Origin: Candidatus Thorarchaeota archaeon
GTDB lineage: Archaea; Asgardarchaeota; Thorarchaeia; Thorarchaeales; Thorarchaeaceae
Length of the DNA: 64,000 bases
Direction of reading: 5' to 3'
Assembly: GCA_020348985.1 (NCBI GenBank)
Contig: CP070761.1
Location: 1,856,905-1,920,904, forward strand
The first letter of the stretch is position 1. The number at the start of each line of letters is the position of its first letter. This document shows, in pieces, positions 37,912 to 47,684 of this stretch. Position numbers and translations under genes: made by a program. The notes under the pieces were generated by a model that worked only from the letters and a program-made list of their open reading frames with translations, was not told where the DNA came from and made no database searches.

Positions 37912-40355
37912 TGTCCAGTTCATGGATTCTCAAAACTCGTCAGATGAGCGAGGCTGGCAAGGAAATACTTCTCAGAGAAGGACTGGCTACTCACATGAGA
38001 AGCACCAGGGATCGTCAGCAGGTGACCGATATTCTGAAGGAGAAGAGGCCACTTGAGGATATCCTTTCTTGGTTCTCTGCCTTCTGGCTCTATCACTATC
38101 AAGGGGTTCGCGTGCTCAGTTTCGAAGACGCCCAAGACCTAACCGTTGAGAGAAAAGATGAGATGGAGCGCGAAGAGCGCAGGCACCTTGAGCTTGAGAT
38201 TAGAAAGCTTTTGGGTGACAAACACAGAGAAGAGATAGACATTGCACGGTTGGCTAGCGAACTGATTGTTCAGGTCTGCAATGAGTTGGGGGGTTCCAAT
38301 ATTGCTGAACCATCTACTCTCGAGAAATGTTCCGATATTGTCAAGAAGTTTCTTGGTGAGATTCCAAAGGACTACAGTCCTAATCACGACATCGATTTCA
38401 TAGCCACAATCACAGGCTGGGCGTCAAAGTGGAGGGATGAACTTTATACAAAGGCCTCTGGTCTAAAGGAGACTGCGCTCTCTCTTAGAGATGAGGTCCT
38501 TCGTGAACATCCTGCGGAAGTCATCGAAACATCTGTTTTGAGGCAGGCTACCAAGCAAATCCTCAATACTGACAACTACTTGGCTGGCCGATTGATTGCT
38601 GGTGGCATTTCGGAGAAGACGCTTGGCGATATATCAGAAGCTGTGCTCCACAGGGTGATTGGCGGAAGAGTGCCTGTGGAAACAGTTCGAAAAGCTCATG
38701 AGATTAGGCTAGAGACAATTGACTTCCTACTTGGCTCCTATGAATCCCCAACAACGATTGAGGAATACGAGAAAACCCTTGGTGATGAATTGGCAAGGGG
38801 AGTTGCAGCGGGAATCAGGGACAATCCAGCAGAGGCATTTGGACTGCTTTCGGTACTTTTTGATCTGGATGCTGAAGATATCAAGGCGGCCCTTAGGTCA
38901 AAAGGACTCACTGATGCAGAGGATATCGCGGCCGGATTGATTGAACAGGCCAAAGAGCCTACTCCTGAGGATGAAGGACCCCAAATCAGCGCTGAAGAGA
39001 TGCAGGACCTAGAAAGGTCGCTAAAGCAGCTTGAGAAGTTGGAGAAGACTTTGGAGGGTCCAGTCAAGGGTATGCTGCGAGCCCAAGGACTGCGTCCATC
39101 AGAGCTCGATAAGATTACAGTCGAGTTCCTTCTCAAGGACAGAGACAGCCTACTGGGTATGGAACCAAAGGTGCTTGAGACACTGAAGCAGAATGCCCGA
39201 ATCCCTTCGCCAAAAGAGATGGAGCGACTATTCCAAGTGCGGCAACAGGTTGAGAGCGGAGCTCTGAGTACAATGGGTGTGACTTCATCGTCTGAGATGA
39301 TGCAACAGAGACGACAAGAGGAATCGTCCGGGGCGCTCAAGCTAGACTTGGTTTGGCATTTCACAATTGGTATACTCTCGAATCTCACAAGAGTGGTGGA
39401 GAGTTATATCAGGTCGAAGCAGGACCTGTTGAGAATGAAGGCTCTTCTGAAGAGCATTCACGAAGATACTGAGCCTGAACTTCAATATGCAAGAGAAGAG
39501 ATTCTGGTCGATCTCGCATCAATGAGGATTTGCGAATTTAAATGTGTGAATCCAGAGCTTGATGCATCAGCGGTATGCTCCTGGATGCACGCTCGTCTGT
39601 CAAGCAAAGACATGAATGCCGCCAAGGTTGAGCTTGAAAAGACACCAAGCCCTGTCTATGATGGAATTTCCGACCTTCCTCTTGATCTTTCGAATCTGGA
39701 GTTTGACAACTACGGAATTGCCTACGACCTCATGCACAGGTTTCTGCAGCAAGAGCGTCTTGAGAAGATGGCAAAGGAAGAACACGCGATAGAGGTTGAG
39801 GCGGAGAAGCAGAGAGCACTCGAGGAAAGGCGCGGACGTATTGACGCTATTTCTTGGATCGACACGAAGAGCAAGACTGTCTTCAGAGCCATAGGCAGAG
39901 TTGGGACAAAGGGGCTTGAATGGTCCGGAAATGATGAGACAAAGTGTTCCAATCTTCTGGCATTCTACATTCGACAGCACAGGGGACGTCCTGTGTGTAT
40001 AGCCTGCGGAGATACTCCAGAAGATGGCAAGTGCCCGAGGCATGGAACAGCGAACATTTCCGCAAGCGATGATATGGACACTTTGACTGTGTTCATCATG
40101 GAAGCTATCACCACAATGAAAACGAGCCTCATCGGGCCGAAAGCACAGCCAATGACATGGGATGAGGCTCGGAAGATTGTTCAGAAGACAATAGATGATG
40201 TCAAGCGAGACGGGAAGCTAACTTCGAAGACGAATCTGAAAGAACTGATGCAAGGTGACATCAACCACGTAGTAGGTCCCGCTATTGCCAAGGTCATTGG
40301 AAAATACTTTGACGAATCACTGCAATATGCAGCCAGACGTTCGGGCCTTTCATAG
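37911..40355 (+). CDS. Large hypothetical helical protein with a CxxC...CxxH zinc knuckle
   Basis: 814-aa ORF, translationally coupled to the upstream gene; CIACG...CPRH. Confidence 0.75.
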   Translation: MSSSWILKTRQMSEAGKEILLREGLATHMRSTRDRQQVTDILKEKRPLEDILSWFSAFWLYHYQGVRVLSFEDAQDLTVERKDEMEREERRHLELEIRKLLGDKHREEIDIARLASELIVQVCNELGGSNIAEPSTLEKCSDIVKKFLGEIPKDYSPNHDIDFIATITGWASKWRDELYTKASGLKETALSLRDEVLREHPAEVIETSVLRQATKQILNTDNYLAGRLIAGGISEKTLGDISEAVLHRVIGGRVPVETVRKAHEIRLETIDFLLGSYESPTTIEEYEKTLGDELARGVAAGIRDNPAEAFGLLSVLFDLDAEDIKAALRSKGLTDAEDIAAGLIEQAKEPTPEDEGPQISAEEMQDLERSLKQLEKLEKTLEGPVKGMLRAQGLRPSELDKITVEFLLKDRDSLLGMEPKVLETLKQNARIPSPKEMERLFQVRQQVESGALSTMGVTSSSEMMQQRRQEESSGALKLDLVWHFTIGILSNLTRVVESYIRSKQDLLRMKALLKSIHEDTEPELQYAREEILVDLASMRICEFKCVNPELDASAVCSWMHARLSSKDMNAAKVELEKTPSPVYDGISDLPLDLSNLEFDNYGIAYDLMHRFLQQERLEKMAKEEHAIEVEAEKQRALEERRGRIDAISWIDTKSKTVFRAIGRVGTKGLEWSGNDETKCSNLLAFYIRQHRGRPVCIACGDTPEDGKCPRHGTANISASDDMDTLTVFIMEAITTMKTSLIGPKAQPMTWDEARKIVQKTIDDVKRDGKLTSKTNLKELMQGDINHVVGPAIAKVIGKYFDESLQYAARRSGLS

Positions 40356-40369
40356 GACCAAACAGTGAT

Positions 40370-40687
40370 CTAATTCGCAGTGCTTGTGCTGATCCATTCT
40401 AGATAGGCCTTTGAACCACCTTGAATCGGAATCACAACAAACTCAGGAACCTCATATGGGTGGTTGTCCCTAATCGCATCCCACAGTCTGTCCTGGAGTC
40501 GTTTCTCTGTTTTGATTAGGAGAATGCTCTCTGTATCCGTTTCCACTTTGTCCTTCCAGTGATAGATGCTTCTGACTCCACTAACGATGTTGACACATGC
40601 ACAGAATCGGCCGTCCACTAGGATTCTCGCCAAATCTTCAGCCTTATCTGGCGGACATGTTGTTAATGCGAGAATATAGTTTTCCAT
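40370..40687 (-). CDS. cutA: Divalent-cation tolerance protein CutA
   Basis: ACVNI, SIYHW, HPYEVPE and YLEWI. Confidence 0.95.
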   Translation of the reverse strand: MENYILALTTCPPDKAEDLARILVDGRFCACVNIVSGVRSIYHWKDKVETDTESILLIKTEKRLQDRLWDAIRDNHPYEVPEFVVIPIQGGSKAYLEWISTSTAN

Positions 40688-40800
40688 AACTTGGGTATGA
40701 CTCTGCCGCTATTAATCTATAACCTGAAAATGATGAAGTCGTTGGAGGATAGACAGCTTTATACATCAGACGCAAACCAACCACGACTCGGCCGATTGTT

Positions 40801-42201
40801 ATGACTAAGCGTTTTGTCCCCCAAGGGGTGCTTCCAGCTCTTGTTACTCCGTTTACTAAAGATGGAGACCTCATAGAGGAGGGCTTCAAGCAAATCATCG
40901 ATTACACAATTGAGAACGGAGCAACCGGTCTCGTGCCTGCAGGGACGACAGGTGAGTTCCTATATATGCGAACAGAAGAGCGGAAGAAGCTTCTGAAACT
41001 AACGGTCGAATTGGCAGAAGACCGAGTTCCAGTTATAGCAGGAACAGGTCAGAATTCGACAAGAGCCACGGTAGCTTTGACGAAGTATGCTGCGGACATT
41101 GGTTGTGCTGCAGCCCTTGTGGTTTCGCCCTACTTCCTTAGACCCGAAGACAAGGGGTACTTCGAGCACTATGCTGAGGTGGCCCGGAGGGGTGATCTCC
41201 CTGTGATTCTGTATAACATCCCTCAATGTACGCTCGGCATTCTCCAGTCTAATGTTGTTGAGGACCTTGCCGAACTTGACAACATCGTGGCAATAAAAGA
41301 CAGCAGCGGAAGCATTCCACATGTCTTGGAGCTCATTGAGAAGCTGAGAGGAAAGATGCCTGTCCTCATAGGACACGATGAGTGTTTCTTGTCGGCTGTG
41401 GCTGCAGGCGCAACAGCTGCAATCATGGCTTCAGGGAATATAATGCCTCACATCTGGCTAGAGATAATGAAGAACATACGTAACGGTAACATCGAGAAAG
41501 CAGCAGAGCTCCAGCTCTCCGTGCAAACTCTTTCTAGGATAATTACAAGGCATGGAGGTGCCCCTCCCGTAAAGGCAGCACTGAGAATGATGGGAATGAA
41601 TGCTGGAAGAGCAAGAATGCCACTTAATTCCGGAGGCACATTGACTTGGGAGCTTCGTGAGGAAATACGTTTGGAGCTTGAGAAACTGGGCCTCATCGAT
41701 GAGTTGAGTCATGCACCAGTCATGGATGATGTGGATGTCATCGGTTTGATTGACAGGTCTGGGGTTGACAGTTCGCGATTTGAGAATGTCAAGCGTAGCA
41801 TTGGTGCATTTGAGTCTGTTTCCACAGACATCATTCTAGGCAAGAAAGATGGTCCTGTCGGCGAAGCCTTTGTGAAACTGATGATGAATCCGCAAGTAGG
41901 ACATGAAGCCTTGAGCGTCATTCTTGAACCCAATCTGGCTGTGAGACCTAGCGCCATAATGATGCCCGCTCGGAAGATCAAATCGATGCGTCAGGCATCT
42001 CTCTTCTACGGTCCAGTTCAATCAGGAGCCGCAAAGGCAGTAGCTCGCCTCGTAGCTTCTGGAAGAATACCGTCTTCTGATTTTGATGATTCACTAATGA
42101 TAATGGCCGTTGACATTGATCTCAATCTACGTGACAGAAGGACGGCAACTAGTCACACCGAGAGAGCTGTCACTAAAGCTCTTGAGCAGCTGTGGAGGTG
42201 A
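40801..42201 (+). CDS. DapA/NAL-family class I aldolase fused to a degenerate formaldehyde-activating enzyme (Fae) domain, copy A
   Basis: PALVTPF, GTTGE, YNIP and KDSSG. The C-terminus has the Fae central motifs GPVGEAF...GHEAL.VILEPNL...P...FYGPVQ. Confidence 0.85.
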   Translation: MTKRFVPQGVLPALVTPFTKDGDLIEEGFKQIIDYTIENGATGLVPAGTTGEFLYMRTEERKKLLKLTVELAEDRVPVIAGTGQNSTRATVALTKYAADIGCAAALVVSPYFLRPEDKGYFEHYAEVARRGDLPVILYNIPQCTLGILQSNVVEDLAELDNIVAIKDSSGSIPHVLELIEKLRGKMPVLIGHDECFLSAVAAGATAAIMASGNIMPHIWLEIMKNIRNGNIEKAAELQLSVQTLSRIITRHGGAPPVKAALRMMGMNAGRARMPLNSGGTLTWELREEIRLELEKLGLIDELSHAPVMDDVDVIGLIDRSGVDSSRFENVKRSIGAFESVSTDIILGKKDGPVGEAFVKLMMNPQVGHEALSVILEPNLAVRPSAIMMPARKIKSMRQASLFYGPVQSGAAKAVARLVASGRIPSSDFDDSLMIMAVDIDLNLRDRRTATSHTERAVTKALEQLWR

Positions 42202-42206
42202 AACAG

Positions 42207-43682
42207 ATGTCGGAGGATTTCAGATTCAGAGGTGTGTTTCCTGCTCTTGTGACTCCATTTGGTGAGGACGGCGTTGATGAGGAGAAGTATAGGGGTCTGA
42301 TTGACTACGTCATAAGAAGTGGTGCCACCGGGCTTGTCCCTTGTGGGACTACTGGTGAATTCACAAGCATGAGATTCGAGGAGAGAGTAGATGCAATTCG
42401 AATTGCCTGTGACGCAGCAGAAGGTAGAGTCCCCGTTATGGCCGGCACCGGAGCTCCAAACACTCGTGATGCAATCAAGCTGACGAAGAGAGCAGCTGAG
42501 TTTGGAGCAGAGGCCGCTCTGGTTGTTTCCCCGTATTTCCTCAAGCCTACTACAAAAGAGATCTATGAGCACTATGAGAAGATTGCTAGTTCAAGTGACA
42601 TCCCTATTTTCCTTTATAACATTCCACAGGTGACCGGTGTGCCTCTCGACTGGTGGCTGGTCGATGGTCTCAGAGAGATTGACGGCGTTGCGGGAATGAA
42701 AGATTCGAGTGGCAATCTGATTAACTTGACAACAGTTCTAGTCAGACGACCTGAGGAATTCCAAGTTGTGGTTGGCCATGATGAGGTAGCACTCCCCGCG
42801 TTGGCTTCAGGTTGCGATGGGGCGATCTTGATGAGCGCCAATGTGTTTCCTGACCGCTACATAAAGATGCAAACCGCTCTTGCCAGGGGAGATCTGAAAG
42901 AGGCATTTCTTGTTCAGCGGAGCATCCAGAAGACAATCCGGCTTCTGGTCAACCGAGGGGGAGGAATGGCAATAAAGGCGGCCCTCAACATGATGGGTGT
43001 CCCAGTCGGAAAAGCAAGGGGACCGCTCATCGAAGGTGACATACTCCGCTACGAAGACATTGATGAATTGAGAACATGTCTTGAGGATCTGCAACTGATC
43101 CCGCGCGGTACTGTCACTTTCAAGGCTGGAGAGAAAGCCATAGTTTCAGAAGGCTACCCAAAGGCAGTTGGACTAGTTCCCGATTCGGTCCCCGACTTGA
43201 CTCTCCTCCACGGCGAGGCACTTGCTGGAGAGGGCCAAGAGGTAGCACATGTCGATCTTGTCATGGGTCTCAAGGACGGACCTCTTGCTGTCGCCATTGA
43301 CAGTGCAGACAAGATTGAGGAAGGATTCCACCCTTCCAATGTCATAAAGGACCTAGAACCACTAACGGTCTTCGCTCCAACAGTAACAATTGTTGACGAG
43401 AGCCACAAGACGATGGTGTATGACACTGCCCAGAGGGCCGTGGCGGACGCAGTCAGACGCACAGTCACTGATATGATTATACCCGAAGAGCTGATACCGG
43501 ACATCGCAATAGCGGTGAATACGTTCGTGCATCCAAACGCAAACAATCCAAGGAGAGTACACATCAACAACTTCAGAGCAACGAGGCATGCCATACGCAG
43601 AGCAATCGAACGCAGACAAGACATAGAAGAAATTGCTGCACGGATAGATTCGGCACGACACCCATTCGCCTACAATCCTTAG
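42207..43682 (+). CDS. DapA/NAL-family class I aldolase fused to a Fae domain, copy B
   Basis: GGAGGTGA RBS; GTTGE, YNIP and KDSSG. The C-terminus has the Fae terminal motifs GEALAGEGQEVAHVDL...FVHP...NFRAT...ARHPF. Confidence 0.88.
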   Translation: MSEDFRFRGVFPALVTPFGEDGVDEEKYRGLIDYVIRSGATGLVPCGTTGEFTSMRFEERVDAIRIACDAAEGRVPVMAGTGAPNTRDAIKLTKRAAEFGAEAALVVSPYFLKPTTKEIYEHYEKIASSSDIPIFLYNIPQVTGVPLDWWLVDGLREIDGVAGMKDSSGNLINLTTVLVRRPEEFQVVVGHDEVALPALASGCDGAILMSANVFPDRYIKMQTALARGDLKEAFLVQRSIQKTIRLLVNRGGGMAIKAALNMMGVPVGKARGPLIEGDILRYEDIDELRTCLEDLQLIPRGTVTFKAGEKAIVSEGYPKAVGLVPDSVPDLTLLHGEALAGEGQEVAHVDLVMGLKDGPLAVAIDSADKIEEGFHPSNVIKDLEPLTVFAPTVTIVDESHKTMVYDTAQRAVADAVRRTVTDMIIPEELIPDIAIAVNTFVHPNANNPRRVHINNFRATRHAIRRAIERRQDIEEIAARIDSARHPFAYNP

Positions 43683-43944
43683 TCATTCTCCAACAAACGT
43701 GTAAAACGGTCTGGCCAAATGTTAAGGACACTAGAACTGCGGAGGAAGGCGCAATCGACATGCAATTAGCACCCGTGTAGCGAGAATAGCAGTACTCCGG
43801 AAACATCAACGAAATGCATCTAGGGCCGTTTTCGTCAAGGCTTCAGGCAGCTCTCTGGTTATATAGTCTATAGGATATGATAGAGAATGATTTCGTTCCA
43901 TCGGATTGCCCAGCGCGTAATTGCATCCGTTGGAGGTCGGAAAA

Positions 43945-44163
43945 ATGGCTGAGACCTGCTTAATCCGCATCCGTGACTTACCCTCTCGGGCGCTTCGTAA
44001 GAGGGTTCGTGGATTTCTTGCAGGGGACAATGTATCGATTGAGGATGACACTGGGAAAGTCTTCGCCGTCGCGGTCAGCAAGAATAGAATTGTCTTGAGG
44101 TGTGACGACGAGTTTTCAGCTCCTGGGTATTATGGCAAAGGGGAACCCGCGAGCATGTTTTAA
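43945..44163 (+). CDS. Small hypothetical protein
   Basis: Strong GGAGGT RBS before ATG 43945; 72 aa. Confidence 0.6.
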   Translation: MAETCLIRIRDLPSRALRKRVRGFLAGDNVSIEDDTGKVFAVAVSKNRIVLRCDDEFSAPGYYGKGEPASMF

Positions 44164-44288
44164 GGTCAAATCCTCTACCGATGAGTGGGTCTCAGCCTAA
44201 CTCTCATTCTTACGTGAATTTCTGCCCACTCACACGTACACGACCAAAGTCTTCCTTACTCAGAATCCTGGGGTGGTGGGGGCTTCTC

Positions 44289-47200
44289 CTAGTAGCCTTG
44301 GAGATACTCCATGTGCTCAAACCATCTCTCATCAGGCGAGAACTCCTTAACTCCTAGTTCTCTCAAACGGGTCTGAATGCTCTTGATAGCCGTAGCGTCT
44401 TTGGTTTCTCGATAGAGGACTAGAAGATTGCTGAGAATCTTGACAAATGCAGTTTGGTGAAACCTCGGCTCCTTCAGTGCAAAAGGTTCCAATGTATCGA
44501 GAGCTTCTTTGCACATCTTTTCTGATTTCTTAGAATGGCCTGTTCTTCTATAGTATATTCCGAGGTTGTTTAAAATCGACGCAACTCTAGGCAGAAAGAA
44601 GCTCTCTGAATCATCTACATAACTCCTGTGGATCTCAAGCGCTTTCAAGAATCTTGATTCTGCCTCTGGTATGCGGTTGTTTTCGCATAGAAGAATACCG
44701 GTGTTGCTTTCTATTGCAGCAACAGAGTAGAGAAACATCTCAGGAGCAAAACCAATACGCGCGTCGATCACACCTCTTGCCTCTTCCAGCAGCCTCTCAG
44801 CATCAGTCCATAGTTCGTTTCTCTTATAGAATACTCCTAGATTGTTGGCAACATTCCCATAGACCTCAGCCAATGACGCCGCTTCCGGATGCTTCAGAGA
44901 CACATCCTTTGCCATCTCATATGCCTCTAGAAGCGTTTCTTGCACGCCCTTCACTTTGCCCATCCGACAATGCAACACACCTAGATTATTCAGGGCCGCA
45001 GCCAGTCGATGCGTGTATCTCTCTGGGTAGTTCTCTACAAGTGCTCTTAGCAGTCTGATTGACTCTAGACAGGCGTTTTCAGCTTCATGTAATCTGTCTG
45101 AAGAAACCAAGAGATTCGAATAATCCTGCAGAGTCTTGGCAAGTGGTTGAGAATATGGTTTCTCCTCCTCAAGCATCACCCTAAGTTCTCGAATCACTTC
45201 TCTGAAGACTTCCTCTGCTTCCTGATATTGACCTGTCTGAAAGAGTGGAAGTGCCAAGCTGCTTTCTGCCATTGTCACTTGAGCTTGCATACCCGATTGT
45301 TCCAGAGCAAGCTTCTTGTAAGCATCTACTACTGCCTTCCTCACTTCAAGTTGTTCGATATGTCTGTGCTGAAGACGTAGAGTAATTCCAAGACGACCAA
45401 GTGTCATGTTTCTTATGACTAATTCATCGCTTGATTCTAGGACATCTCTGAGGATTGTTTCAGCTTCTGAAGTCTTTCCGGAAATGTACAGCACCTGAGC
45501 CAAAAGGATTCGTGCGAATTGGAGCATTGGATAGGTTCCTTCTTCTGGGCTATAATGAGGTCTCCTATCTTCATTCTCCAAGATGACTAAGGCTTTTCTA
45601 ACGCATCTCTCCGCTTCTTCCAGACGATACATCAGTGATAGATGTTGTCCTAGATAGTGATAGGTCGAAGCCAAATAACCCTCTTTCATGTGTATATGCC
45701 TATCATCTTGTGGGTCAAACGTATTCAACATCTCTAGTGTTCTTCGAAAAGCTTCTTCAGCTTCGTACATCTTGGCTGATTCTTGATAAAACCGAGCTTG
45801 AAACCAGAGTGCCTTTGAAAGGAATATTGCATTGTCATCAGAGAGTCTCTCAGAGATCTCAATGACTTTCTTGAGTGTGTCCTCGGCCTCTGCAATTCTA
45901 TCAACTAGGCGGAAGAGGTAACTTCTCCAGCCTTCTCTCGCTATCAAGCCAATGTCTGACTTGATGAAGAACGAATCCAGCACTACAAGTGCGTCATCCC
46001 ATTCATTTGCAAAGCCCAAAGCATCCAATACTTGTTCTAATCTCATAAGAGTTCCAATTTCATCATCCAAAGCTAGCACGGATAATGCTAGGCCAAGGAG
46101 TCTGTAGTCTGCTTGATCTTGTGAAGCCCTTTCCAGTCGCTGACCGACCTCGTTCGCCAGATCTTTTAGATTTCCTCCAAGTTCAGCTCTCACAATTTCC
46201 TCTGCCAGATCATGGAGAACCCAAGTCCCGTCCTCTCTTCTACTAAGGAAACTTAGGCGTCTTAGTCGATCCCAACTGTCTGGGGTCATTTCTGGAGCAA
46301 TGATGCTCATTATTCGATAATCGAAATAGGGAACTAATCCTGCACGATTTATGAGATTGTGCAACCCTTCGGCATGACTAAACAGACGTCTCCATACTTT
46401 TAGGCGAACCTCAGCAAGAGTATCAGCACGGAGTCCTTCAATGTCTTCTATAGACACGTTGCTGGTATTGATCATATCACATATGGCATCAATCAGGAAG
46501 GGATTTCCGCCACTGACACTCACAATTCTTTCTTGAAGCTCCTCATCAACAACGCCTTGAAGTGTGAGCATCTCGAGGCAACTATCCCTGTCCAGTTCTG
46601 TAAGCTCATTCTCTTCAACATCCAGTATCTTACCTTTCGCCGCTGAGCGTCTGCTTGCCATTACTCCTACGCAAGATGACAGATTGGACAAGAACAAAGC
46701 CCAGAGTTCTGTCTCAGTAATCCTCTCTCCACTGTATCTCCACTGAGTCTTTTCATTGTCTACATACTCAAAATGGTCTAAAAGAAAGAGAAGCGCAATA
46801 TTCGGATGATTTCTTGTATTGATATCCTCTAGAAATGCTGAAAGGTACAAAAACTCAGCACGTCTAGGATCCTTCCAGAGAATCTCAAGAAGCTGTTCGA
46901 TGTGATTCTTGCCAAGTGTTTCCTGAAGCCATGTCCCAATCGTGCCGTATTTTCCTTTCAGCTTGGGAGTGACCTTTGCACCGACAGCGCTGATTGCACT
47001 TCCAATACTGGCAAGTGATCCAATGAACGGTATCGCCATTACGACATCCTTCGCCCACTCACGTCCCTCTTCTCTTACCGGTTCTACACCTTCAACGAAT
47101 CGTTGACGTATCTGCCAGAGTACGTCGAATCTTGGCAGCTTGACTCCGTGGAGCACAGCTCCTTTGGCAAGCATGTTTAGTCGTTGATAGAACTCAGAAT

Positions 47201-47402
47201 AGTGCTCGCAATCAAGTCGTATTGCTTTCTCATGTGTGTTGACCCAATGGTTGAGTAGGGACGATTTTCCGATACCCCCGATACCTTTCAGGTGAAGGAC
47301 CACGCTTTCATCCTTGCATCTTTCGAGAGCATCATTCATCCACTCGATATACTCCTCTCTATCCACGAACACATCATCGGAAGTTTCGTAGTGCTTGTAC
47401 AA
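44289..47402 (-). CDS. STAND-like P-loop NTPase with a C-terminal TPR array
   Basis: FVDREE, Walker A GIGGIGKS, Walker B FLLDHFE, GGNP and LHDL, followed by TPRs (LAAALNNLG, VASILNNLG). Start refined to TTG 47402 by comparison with the paralog at 63605. Confidence 0.85.
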   Translation of the reverse strand: MYKHYETSDDVFVDREEYIEWMNDALERCKDESVVLHLKGIGGIGKSSLLNHWVNTHEKAIRLDCEHYSEFYQRLNMLAKGAVLHGVKLPRFDVLWQIRQRFVEGVEPVREEGREWAKDVVMAIPFIGSLASIGSAISAVGAKVTPKLKGKYGTIGTWLQETLGKNHIEQLLEILWKDPRRAEFLYLSAFLEDINTRNHPNIALLFLLDHFEYVDNEKTQWRYSGERITETELWALFLSNLSSCVGVMASRRSAAKGKILDVEENELTELDRDSCLEMLTLQGVVDEELQERIVSVSGGNPFLIDAICDMINTSNVSIEDIEGLRADTLAEVRLKVWRRLFSHAEGLHNLINRAGLVPYFDYRIMSIIAPEMTPDSWDRLRRLSFLSRREDGTWVLHDLAEEIVRAELGGNLKDLANEVGQRLERASQDQADYRLLGLALSVLALDDEIGTLMRLEQVLDALGFANEWDDALVVLDSFFIKSDIGLIAREGWRSYLFRLVDRIAEAEDTLKKVIEISERLSDDNAIFLSKALWFQARFYQESAKMYEAEEAFRRTLEMLNTFDPQDDRHIHMKEGYLASTYHYLGQHLSLMYRLEEAERCVRKALVILENEDRRPHYSPEEGTYPMLQFARILLAQVLYISGKTSEAETILRDVLESSDELVIRNMTLGRLGITLRLQHRHIEQLEVRKAVVDAYKKLALEQSGMQAQVTMAESSLALPLFQTGQYQEAEEVFREVIRELRVMLEEEKPYSQPLAKTLQDYSNLLVSSDRLHEAENACLESIRLLRALVENYPERYTHRLAAALNNLGVLHCRMGKVKGVQETLLEAYEMAKDVSLKHPEAASLAEVYGNVANNLGVFYKRNELWTDAERLLEEARGVIDARIGFAPEMFLYSVAAIESNTGILLCENNRIPEAESRFLKALEIHRSYVDDSESFFLPRVASILNNLGIYYRRTGHSKKSEKMCKEALDTLEPFALKEPRFHQTAFVKILSNLLVLYRETKDATAIKSIQTRLRELGVKEFSPDERWFEHMEYLQGY

Positions 47403-47684
47403 ACTCGGGACCTCACACGCAATGCACAAGAGATGTTTGTGTTTTACATAGGCTGGTCGGTTCTTATCATTTCTCCTTTGAATCTCATGGTCCTCTTCAG
47501 AAGAACAGATCTCAGCCCAAATCTCATTCTGTGAAAACGAAGTGGCGGTTTCCGCTGCTTACCGTCTAATCATCGCACTGTGCTCATACAGGGGTAACTG
47601 CTTCATTAACCGCCATGAGTACAGTGAAGTCAGAGCATATGAAACTAACTCGGCATCTTCAGGAATCTTATTATCAGACTTCGA

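Noticed and set aside
40801-43682. Annotation as dapA (lysine biosynthesis)
   Set aside because: Both copies lack the ASA-binding Arg, carry Fae fusions and have no adjacent dapB/asd, so the gene symbol is withheld.
43700-43835. Imperfect inverted repeat AAAACGGTCT / AGGGCCGTTTT (possible MITE)
   Set aside because: Short and imperfect, with no target-site duplication or second copy in the window.
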